Below the pieces are notes generated by a model that searched no databases, was not told where the DNA came from, and was given only the letters and a program-made list of their open reading frames with translations. Shown one piece after another: positions 56,108 to 64,000 of a DNA stretch of 64,000 nucleotides. A program made the translations under genes and the position numbers. Position 1 is the stretch's first letter. Each line of letters starts with the position of its first letter. Location: positions 4,320,001 through 4,384,000 of the forward strand of contig OZ253470.1 of NCBI GenBank assembly GCA_965261735.1. Direction: 5' to 3'. Source of the DNA: Alphaproteobacteria bacterium (GTDB taxonomy: Bacteria > Pseudomonadota > Alphaproteobacteria > SHVV01).

Positions 56108-57919
56108 ATGGCGAAGGCGGAGCCAGTGCATCACCCAGCGCCCGAGCGCAGCGATGCCCGCGATCTCGATCCGGTAACGCTCGAGATCATCCGGCACGGC
56201 CTCGGCTCGATCACCGAGCAGATCGAGACCAACATCATGCGCACCGCCTACAGTCCGCTCGTATACGAGTACAAGGACTACGCCGTCGGCATGGTCGACG
56301 TGGAAGGCCGGCTCATTTCCCAGTCGCGGGGCGGCATCCCCATCTTCGTGGCCAATGCCCTCGGCCGCGCCGTGCAGGACGGTATTCACGTCTACGGGCT
56401 CGACAACATCAACCGTGGCGACATCATCATCAGCAACCACGCCGCGACTCTCGGGCAGCACCTCAACAACATGGCCATGTACACCCCGGTGTTCGCCGAC
56501 GAAGCCGCCGACGAGGTCGTCGCCTTCATGGGGGTGATCGTCCATCACATCGATGTCGCCGGGCGCTACGTCGGATCCTGCCTCGGTAACCGCAGCACCG
56601 ACATATTCCAGGAGGGAGTCCAGTACCGCAGCGTCAAGCTCTATGCCGAGGGGCGGCGGGTCGAGGAGATCTACAGGATCATGCTCGACAACACCCGCTT
56701 TCCCGCGATGTTCGCCGGAGACCTAGAGGCTCAACTCGGCGGCGTGCTCATGGGCCGCGATCTGTTCTCGGAGATGATCGCGCGCTACGGCGCGGCAACG
56801 TTGCAGAGGGCGTTCCTGCGCATCTGGGAGCAGTCCGAGCGCAAGGCGCGGGCGGCGGTACTGGCCATCCCCGACGGGACCTACGGCGCGCGGGCGAGCC
56901 TCGATGACGACGGCATTTCGCTCGGCTCTCCCGTGCCGATCGACGTCAAGGTTGTCGTGTCGGGCGACGAAATGACCGTCGATTTCAGCGATCTTGCGCC
57001 GCAGATGGCCGGCCCCTTCAACTCCGGCCGCTATGGCGGCGGGATCACGGCGGCGCGCATGGCGCTCAAATACCTCACGACCCCGCACGAGACGGCCAAC
57101 GAGGGATGCTTTCGGCCGCTCAAGGTGATCCTGCCCGATGGGACCTTCCTGAGTGCGGGCAAGAACGCGCCGATGGCACTCTTCAGCGCACCGATCGCCT
57201 CGGTGATCGACGTAATCATACGGGCGCTCGAGGAACCCGCCCCCGGACTCGTGACCGGCGGCCACCACGCCACGTTCGGCATACACCTCTTCCATGGCAA
57301 GGACCCCGAAACGGGCGAGCTCTACCAGCATTTCGACGCGGTTTCCGGCGGCTACGGGGCGAGCGAGAGCCAGGATGGCGGCGGGCCGTACAAGACGATG
57401 ATCGATGGCGATACCAAGGATATCCCGGTCGAGATTCAGGAAGCGCTGTATCCGCTGCGCGTCGAGTCCGTGACCTACCGCACCGATTCCGGCGGACCGG
57501 GCACGTTTCGCGGCGGGCTCGGCGTCGACAAGGTCTACCGCACGATCGCGCCGATGAAATTCACGGCAAGCTTCGATCGCACGCTCACGCCGGCATGGGG
57601 CGTCCGCGGCGGAAAGGACGGCGATCCGGGGTGCGCTATCGTAGAGAGGCCCGGCCAGCCGGCGCAGATCGCGTTGAAGGAGGACGACATCGATCTCGTG
57701 CCGGGAGACGTCGTTCGCATCCTGTCTGGCGGCGGCGGCGGATTCGGCCCGCCGCATGAACGCGACCCGGGCCAAGTCGCCGATGACGTCCGGCTCGGCT
57801 TCGTCACGCCCGAGGGTGCGCTTGCCGACTATGCGGTCGCGCTGGACTCCGAGCTGCGCGTTCTCGCCGACGAGACGGCCACGGAACGCCAGCGTCGATC
57901 GACGGCTGAGGTGACGTGA
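56108..57919 (+). CDS. Hydantoinase B/oxoprolinase family protein
   Basis: RTAYSP, HLNN, IFQEG, DSGGPGTFRGG, GGGGGFGPP; the A subunit is not adjacent. Confidence 0.92.
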   Translation: MAKAEPVHHPAPERSDARDLDPVTLEIIRHGLGSITEQIETNIMRTAYSPLVYEYKDYAVGMVDVEGRLISQSRGGIPIFVANALGRAVQDGIHVYGLDNINRGDIIISNHAATLGQHLNNMAMYTPVFADEAADEVVAFMGVIVHHIDVAGRYVGSCLGNRSTDIFQEGVQYRSVKLYAEGRRVEEIYRIMLDNTRFPAMFAGDLEAQLGGVLMGRDLFSEMIARYGAATLQRAFLRIWEQSERKARAAVLAIPDGTYGARASLDDDGISLGSPVPIDVKVVVSGDEMTVDFSDLAPQMAGPFNSGRYGGGITAARMALKYLTTPHETANEGCFRPLKVILPDGTFLSAGKNAPMALFSAPIASVIDVIIRALEEPAPGLVTGGHHATFGIHLFHGKDPETGELYQHFDAVSGGYGASESQDGGGPYKTMIDGDTKDIPVEIQEALYPLRVESVTYRTDSGGPGTFRGGLGVDKVYRTIAPMKFTASFDRTLTPAWGVRGGKDGDPGCAIVERPGQPAQIALKEDDIDLVPGDVVRILSGGGGGFGPPHERDPGQVADDVRLGFVTPEGALADYAVALDSELRVLADETATERQRRSTAEVT

Positions 57920-57955
57920 GCCGGATCGCTTGAAGCCGCGCAGCAGGAGGAACCC

Positions 57956-58351
57956 ATGGAACGCTTTGTGTTCAACCCGAAAACCCTGGGCGAGCCGGTT
58001 GGCTATTTCTCGCGTGCCGTCCGCATCGGCGACACGCTCCACGTCTCCGGAACCTCGGCGATCACCGGCTTTACCGGCGACCTCAACGATCGCCGCATTC
58101 CAAGCGGTATCGAGGAGCAGACCCGCCTTACGCTCGACAACATCAAAAAGGTGCTGGACGACGCGGGCGCCAAAATGGCCGACGTCTTCGAAGTGTTCGT
58201 GATGTTCAAGCGTAAGGAGGACTTCCCCCAGATCGACGCGATCTTCAGGGAGTACTTCCCGGAACCGAGCTTTATCGCTACCGGATTCCAGACCGAGTTG
58301 GTGCGCGAGGACATGCTGGTCGAAGTGGCCGTGAGGGCGCACGTCGCCTGA
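57956..58351 (+). CDS. RidA/YjgF family protein
   Basis: YFSRAVRIGDTLHVSG, IEEQTRLTLDNI, LVEV; AGGAGG RBS. Confidence 0.9.
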   Translation: MERFVFNPKTLGEPVGYFSRAVRIGDTLHVSGTSAITGFTGDLNDRRIPSGIEEQTRLTLDNIKKVLDDAGAKMADVFEVFVMFKRKEDFPQIDAIFREYFPEPSFIATGFQTELVREDMLVEVAVRAHVA

Positions 58352-58440
58352 CGTCGCCCCCGGTGCGCTAGCGGCCGATTCGGTCACGGTCGGTCCGTGC
58401 CCACCTTGAATTTCATTCACATTTGCCGCACGCTCGGACA

Positions 58441-58740
58441 ATGCCGAAGGGCAAGGCCACGCTGCCACCGTTTGCCGCGTTGCGCGCGTTTCACGCCGCG
58501 GCCACGCACGATCGATATCGCGATGCGGCCGAGAGCCTCGGCCTGACGGAATCGGCCATTAGCCATCAGGTCCGACGTCTCGAGGAATTCCTCGCTACCG
58601 CCCTGATCAACCGCTCGGGCAGGCGCCCCAAATTGACCGATACCGGTCGCCGCTACCTCGAGCAAATCGAACCCGCGATACACCAGATCCAACGGGCTAC
58701 CGAAGCCCTGCTGCCGGTCGTGTCCCAGGACGTGGTGTAG
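58441..58740 (+). pseudogene. LysR-family (GcvA-like) regulator, HTH only
   Basis: LPPFAALRAFHAAA...AAESLGLTESAISHQVRRLE; truncated. Confidence 0.85.
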
Positions 58741-59706
58741 GAGTTGTTGGAGCCTCTGGTAGCTGTGGGTAGGCGGCTTGCCGTAGCGACCGCCGAGAGT
58801 CTGGCGTAGGCAAGCCGGCTATCCACAGCGGAGGCCATCGCGGTTCCGGTTTAGGATCACCTTCCAGCGGCGCGGGATCACCTCCAGCGTCTCGGTCACG
58901 TCCTCGCCGATCTTCGACAGCTTCTCCGATCCGCAGCACGCGCAGGCAGTCGGCGCCGGCACCACCACGCGCTCGCGCGGCAGGTGCGCCGGGAACGGCT
59001 TGCGGGCCAGCTTGCGGCGCGCAAACCCCCTGACCTGCGTGGTCCCCGCCGCCGCCAGCTCGTCCTCGGTCGCGCTCGCCTTAAGCTCGTCGAGCTGCAG
59101 CTCCAGCTGGTCGAGAAGCCGCTGCTTGCGCTCCGAGCGCCAGCCGTACATCTCGCGCCTGAGCTTCACGATCGTCAGCTTCAGGAAGGCGATCTCCGCC
59201 TCGGCGCCGGACACCTTCGCCTCGGCGTTAGCAGCCCGCGCCTCGGCCGCCGCGAGGGCCGTCTTCAGGGCTGAGATGTTGGACCCGCCGGTCATCGGCG
59301 GGATCGAATCACATCGACCGATTCGGCGCTACAACATTCCTCCCGCCCGCGTCGTTCCCCCGCCGATCAGCCCGCGCGAGACGGTCGCCAGGTCCGAACC
59401 GGGTTCCGCCAATCGATCCCCTCGAGCAGGTAGCCCAGCTGCGCCGCGCTGATCGACACCGCACCCCCCGGCGTCGTCGGCCACTGGAACCGGCCGCGCT
59501 CAAGCCGCTTGGCGTAGAGCGAGATCCCCACCCCGTCATGCCACAGGCATTTTACGAGGTCGCCTCGACGACCGCGGAAGATATACAAATCCCCCGCATG
59601 CGGGTCGCGCCTGAGATCCTCCTGGGTAACTACCCAGGTCTGATTGGCCCGAGCGTTTGTATGTGAGGGATCGTGGGGGTCCGGGCTGGTAGCGGTGCCG
59701 GTGTTC

Positions 59707-61245
59707 TCAGAGGCGCAGTTGGGGGATTAGTTGCATCGGATCGGGATGCACCAGGGTCTGGAGGACGTTCCAGCCTTGCTTTCGGGCGGTGGCGATGACG
59801 GCACGCATTCTGGCGAAGTTGCAGGCACCCCTCTCGGAGCGGAAGCCACCGGAGATCTTCTGGCGCAGCTTGGCCATTCGGAGGTCACGTTCGGCCTCAT
59901 TGTTCGTAAACGGCGTGCGCGGGTCGGTGAGGAATCGCAGGCATCCCTCCTTGTGCTTGCGGAGGCGGAGCGCGAGGTTATGACCGATGCGGCGTTTCTT
60001 TCGTCCGCGCTTGCCGGTCCGGAGCGGCGGCTGCGCCTCGTGGAAGGCGATGGCGTGGTCGAGGATGCGGGCCCAGGCCCGCGAGATCCGGGCCACCAGG
60101 GAGGCGGGCGCGTCGCGGCCGTTCTCACGGGAGAAGCGGGTAGCCCTGTGTGCGCGCTCAAGGAGGCGGTGCATGCTCTTTGCCCAGTCTTCCTTCTCGA
60201 TGTCGATCAGGGCCTGGAGTTCGCGCAGGTGATGGGCGTTGCAGGCGCCGTGGCGCACGCCCTTGAGGGTGAAGTAGGCGGCGTAATCGTCATGGATGAG
60301 GATGCCTTCGAGGTCCTTTTCGACATCGCCGCGTCCCGCGCCGATGCGCAGGACGGTCAGGAATGGGGTGCACAGCACGTGGAGCCAGCGGGTACGGGCG
60401 GCGATCCGCAGGCCGGTTTCGTCGAGGTGCTTGACCGGGACCGCTGTGCGGATCACGTCTGCGACATGGGCGAGGAAGGGCTCGAAGCGCCTGGCGGTTC
60501 GCCGGCCCATGGCGGTGATCGTGGCTGTGGAGATGGACACTGCGAAGAGGTCGCTCATGAGTTCGGCCAAGCGCTTCTCGGGAACGAACTGGGCGTACAG
60601 CAGGTAGCTCACCCAGGCGGTGATGCGTGGCCCGTACTGGACCGGGGCGGTCACGCCGTCCGCGAAGACGGCTCCTGTCACGGTGGCGCAGGCGCCGCAG
60701 AGGCAGCGATGGGCGCGGTGTTCGGTGACCTCCAGGGGGCGTGGCTCGGGCACATCGAAGACCTGTCGACAGACGGGCGCGCGGTGACGGTCGGCGTCCG
60801 ACAGCGGTGCGCCGCAGCCCGAACAGGCGGAGGGGTCATGATCCACAACATGGTCCGGGCTCTCGGTCCGCGCCAGCGTCGTTCCCTTGTGGCCCGGCTG
60901 GCCGCCGCTTGGCCTGCCGGACTTGCCGCGCTGGCTTCGGGTGCGCCTCTGGGTTCCGCTCTTCTTGCGCAGGCCGTCGCTGGCGGGCGGCTTGCTGCTG
61001 GTGGTGCTGTCAAGCGCCGCGCTCCGCTCGAGCTCGGCGATGCGGTCCCGCAGGGTCGCGTTCTCCCGCTCGAGCGCGGCATTCTCCCGGACGAGCGCCG
61101 TGGCCAGGCGCAACAGCCCCTGGCCCCATTCCCCGAAGGCCTTGACGACTGTGGTTGCGAAGGATGAGGGGTCAAGAAGATCTTGCAGGCACGCGAAGGC
61201 CTCGTCATGGGCGGCGAGGTCCTCGTGCCAGCGCGACAGCGTCAC
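59707..61245 (-). CDS. IS66-family transposase TnpC
   Basis: DSTTSSKPPASD, GGQPGHKG, HLDETG, CNAHHLREL, FTNNEAERDLR. Confidence 0.93.
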   Translation of the reverse strand: MTLSRWHEDLAAHDEAFACLQDLLDPSSFATTVVKAFGEWGQGLLRLATALVRENAALERENATLRDRIAELERSAALDSTTSSKPPASDGLRKKSGTQRRTRSQRGKSGRPSGGQPGHKGTTLARTESPDHVVDHDPSACSGCGAPLSDADRHRAPVCRQVFDVPEPRPLEVTEHRAHRCLCGACATVTGAVFADGVTAPVQYGPRITAWVSYLLYAQFVPEKRLAELMSDLFAVSISTATITAMGRRTARRFEPFLAHVADVIRTAVPVKHLDETGLRIAARTRWLHVLCTPFLTVLRIGAGRGDVEKDLEGILIHDDYAAYFTLKGVRHGACNAHHLRELQALIDIEKEDWAKSMHRLLERAHRATRFSRENGRDAPASLVARISRAWARILDHAIAFHEAQPPLRTGKRGRKKRRIGHNLALRLRKHKEGCLRFLTDPRTPFTNNEAERDLRMAKLRQKISGGFRSERGACNFARMRAVIATARKQGWNVLQTLVHPDPMQLIPQLRL

Positions 61246-61907
61246 GGGTCCTCGGCATCGACGGCCATCATGGCGGCCAGCACCGCGAGGCGTTCGCCCG
61301 CCGGCAAGGCCTTGTAACGCCGGCCCCAGTTGGCCGCCTTACGCTTGATGCGCTGGCGGTCGGTGAAGTTCCGGCCTGCGTAGCTCGCCCAATGCACCCG
61401 GTCGGGCGCGAAGTTGAACCACACGACCTCGGTCCGCACCTGGGCCTGGGTCGTCACCTGCAGCGCCAGACTGCGCCAGCCCGCCAGCATCTCGTCATAG
61501 AGCGCCGAGGGATGGCCCGAGACCATCACCTGGCAGGGCAGATCCTTGAGCAGGTCCAGGAGCGCGACATGGTCGACCTCCTCGAAGTCGAAGCGATAGC
61601 GCCGTGCCGAACGGCGGGTCGCGTGCAGATAGGGGGGATCGCTGTAGACCAGCTCCGGGCCCAGAAACGGGAACGAGGCCAAAAAGGCATGGGCACAGCC
61701 ATGCACCAACTCGACCGGGTAGTCACAGGCAAAGGCCTCGAGCGCCTGCGCATCGCGGTCGATGCCGATCGAGCGCACGCCCGTTGGCTTGCGCTTCATC
61801 AGCGCACCGCCCCCCAGGTGGCTCTCGATGTAAACGCTGTGCGGCGGCATCAGCGCAATCAGCGCCTGGCACAGACCGCTCGTCGCCTTCGACCCGAAAT
61901 ATCCCAC
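61242..61907 (-). CDS. Dam/D12-class N6-adenine DNA methyltransferase (short form)
   Basis: YFGSK, YIESHLGGGA (motif I), VYSDPPY, VMVSG, EVVWFNF; GTGA overlap with tnpC. Confidence 0.88.
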   Translation of the reverse strand: MGYFGSKATSGLCQALIALMPPHSVYIESHLGGGALMKRKPTGVRSIGIDRDAQALEAFACDYPVELVHGCAHAFLASFPFLGPELVYSDPPYLHATRRSARRYRFDFEEVDHVALLDLLKDLPCQVMVSGHPSALYDEMLAGWRSLALQVTTQAQVRTEVVWFNFAPDRVHWASYAGRNFTDRQRIKRKAANWGRRYKALPAGERLAVLAAMMAVDAEDP

Positions 61908-62716
61908 GCGCCGCTCCCGTCACACGAGAGCGCAACCCATAGACGCCCGATTCTATGGAGTCAAGAGACGATCAACGACGCGGCGGCGGAAACCCGGCCC
62001 CGGCGACCACCTACATCATCCTCTCGCGGTCAGGAGCGGGGTACCTGGGTAGTTACCCTCCTGGACCTGAAGCGCCAGGGTGTTCATGCCGCGCCGCATG
62101 TCGGTCACGCCACTCGCCAGCCAGACACGAGCACCTCCCGGAACCGGGATCATCGGCGTGCCAGAACCGCCAGCACCCGCGCCAGCGCCGAACCGTCCAC
62201 CTCCCGGTCGACGATCACCCGCGAGCCATCGGCCAGCGCGATCTCCATCCGTCCCGCCGCCGGCGCATCCCCCGGGGCAGCATCCAACGGTGGCGGCTCC
62301 ACAACCACCGGCACCAAGCCGCCGGCCCCGCCAGCCTGCTCGCGAAACCGGCGCCGCCAGTTGAACACCAGGTCGGCGTTCACGTCGTTGCGCCGCGCCA
62401 CAACCGACACAGAAACCCCGGGCTGGTAGCTCTACGCTACGATCCGGCGCTTCTCGGCATCGCTCCAGCGACGACGAAGGGCACCCGGGCCTTCCCGCCC
62501 GGACCCCGGATTCTCCACTGCTTCCGACATTTGCGATCGTGTCCACTTAGACCTTGGTGGACACCAAACAGGTGTCCACTCCCGATCGCACAACCTCGCC
62601 TGATTACACTAATCCGAGAAGGCGGCCCACTCCGGAGGCTTACCCGGAAGCAAACGCATGTCACAAATCGTGGAGCCGCACTTCCTAATGGTCGGCGCCG
62701 CCTGACCATCAATTGT

Positions 62717-63358
62717 CTACGCGGCAGCGACGCTTATCGGCGACAGGGAACACTGGCCACGATCGCGGTTGGGCTCAACCTCGCAGTCCAGAATCCGGCT
62801 GAGTTGGTCCGCGCCACCAACATAATCGCCATCGATCCAAATTTGCGGCACCGTAATAGGGGTCTTGGGACCAACGATGGGTTTGACCCGGGCAAGCATT
62901 TCGTACAGTGCCCGAGGGTCCTTGACCACATCGTGATATTCATAGTCGATGCTGGCCTGTTTCAAATATCCCTTGGCACGGACGCAGTGGGGGCAGGTGG
63001 CCTTGCCGAACAAATGATTACCCTCAACCGATGATCGCCTGGCATGGGCATCGATGATGGCTTCTGTCAGCACGCCGCGGTTAAGGGCATGACCCTGGCT
63101 TACCACCCGGCCTTCAACCATGACGATGGGCGCGTGCCAGCCGCGCTTGAGCAACGGCTTCCACCATTCGCTCAGCCATTCGCGGACATCGAGCGCCACC
63201 GGAACGCCGGCAAGCTCGGTTTCGAACGTGTCGGTGATGACATCGAGGGTCAGCGAACACTCGCCGCAGGGGATATTGACTTTGAATGGACCCCACGTGC
63301 CGGCCCAACGATATAAGACAATTTGGACATCTTTTGCTGTAGTTCCAGGATCCGACAT
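62717..63358 (-). CDS. Two-domain thioredoxin-fold/glutaredoxin protein
   Basis: CGEC...HAP domain plus CPHC...TVPQIW...VGG domain. Confidence 0.85.
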   Translation of the reverse strand: MSDPGTTAKDVQIVLYRWAGTWGPFKVNIPCGECSLTLDVITDTFETELAGVPVALDVREWLSEWWKPLLKRGWHAPIVMVEGRVVSQGHALNRGVLTEAIIDAHARRSSVEGNHLFGKATCPHCVRAKGYLKQASIDYEYHDVVKDPRALYEMLARVKPIVGPKTPITVPQIWIDGDYVGGADQLSRILDCEVEPNRDRGQCSLSPISVAAA

Positions 63359-63562
63359 GATGTGAAGCTTTACTCCTTCCCTACGGCACTGTTTGTTCGG
63401 CACATGGTCCGTTGTGGTAAAACGATGCCGTCGCAGGGCAATGGTTTATTTGCTCAAGCGCGCACGCCATTGCCCGTAAACTGCTGCGGAACAGTGGCAA
63501 TCGGTTATATCAAAGCCGCGCTACTCTAGGGTGAAAGAAGTTGGAAGTGAGAGGTTCAAGAA

Positions 63563-63856
63563 ATGGATATCGATGAAACCGGGCTCACCAAAGGTCTAAT
63601 GAGAAAATTGAACGCACTTCGGAAATCTGTTGGCGCCGACCTCGCCGAAGAGGTTTTCGCAAAGTGGTTGGAGCGCCAGGCTGCCTCGCAAGCCAAAGAA
63701 AACCCCGATCCCGTGGCGATGAAGATCGGAGAGGCTTTCGCGGGCTTTGTGAATGATCCGAAGTTCAATCTCGGCAATCATGGTTACACACTACGCCGCG
63801 CCAAAGGCAAGGGCGCGTCGGGCTTCATCGCATACAAGAATGAAAAGGCGAAATAA
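63563..63856 (+). CDS. Hypothetical 97-aa basic protein
   Basis: RBS-like GAGG; clean ORF (RKLNALRKSVG...GYTLRRAKGKG). Confidence 0.7.
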   Translation: MDIDETGLTKGLMRKLNALRKSVGADLAEEVFAKWLERQAASQAKENPDPVAMKIGEAFAGFVNDPKFNLGNHGYTLRRAKGKGASGFIAYKNEKAK

Positions 63857-64000
63857 GCGCAGCCCTGTCTTCTATGCTCGACGGATCGGCTTGCTATTAT
63901 GTGTGGCATGAACGAACGAGGATCCAACGGGCGCCGCGAATTCGGGCCGTTAGCTGCTGTTGTGGCTGCTGGCGGGGGTCATCGCGACGTCTACATTCCG

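Larger units (their letters stand above)
59626..62056 (-). mobile_element. IS66-family (ISBst12-like) element carrying a DNA methyltransferase
   Basis: Perfect 14-bp IRs GTAACTACCCAGGT; 8-bp TSD CCTCCTGG. Confidence 0.93.
58853..62643 (-). mobile_element. Three-gene IS66 (tnpA 62150-62530 with nonsense codon; tnpB split by the nested IS; tnpC truncated, 58853-59295)
   Basis: GTAAGC left end; TDMRRGMNTL / YIFRGRRGDLVKCLWHDG (TnpB); FPAHLPRERVV...GEDVTETLE (TnpC). Confidence 0.88.

Overview
GC-rich accessory region, probably from an alphaproteobacterium. The Calx-beta autotransporter and Sel1/ankyrin proteins suggest a host-associated, possibly sponge-symbiont, lineage (inference). Intact and broken insertion sequences dominate the window (IS6 x3, IS256 x2, IS1595, IS110/IS1111, IS1380, IS66, IS1182, IS21, IS3, IS481, IS630), along with a group II intron and many gene remnants, mostly defence and integrase genes. 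Apparently intact cargo includes a ProX-like binding protein, an orphan mreB, a Sel1-PG-binding-ankyrin protein, an OmpA/MotB coiled-coil protein, two beta-barrel lipoproteins, DUF2958-radC, hydantoinase B-RidA and a two-domain glutaredoxin. Highlights: (1) an IS1111-type element whose 3' non-coding region carries readable bridge/seekRNA guides matching its own insertion site (an IS21 terminal repeat) and its own ends; (2) a second allele of that RNA whose target guide changes together with its different flank; (3) a complete IS66 (14-bp IRs, 8-bp TSD) carrying a Dam-like methyltransferase; (4) a transposase-less 949-bp cassette with 26-bp TIRs; (5) two oppositely oriented 21-bp-phased CCCTGTT/AACAGGG arrays. 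All family calls come from motif recognition by eye, not database searches, and fragment boundaries are approximate.
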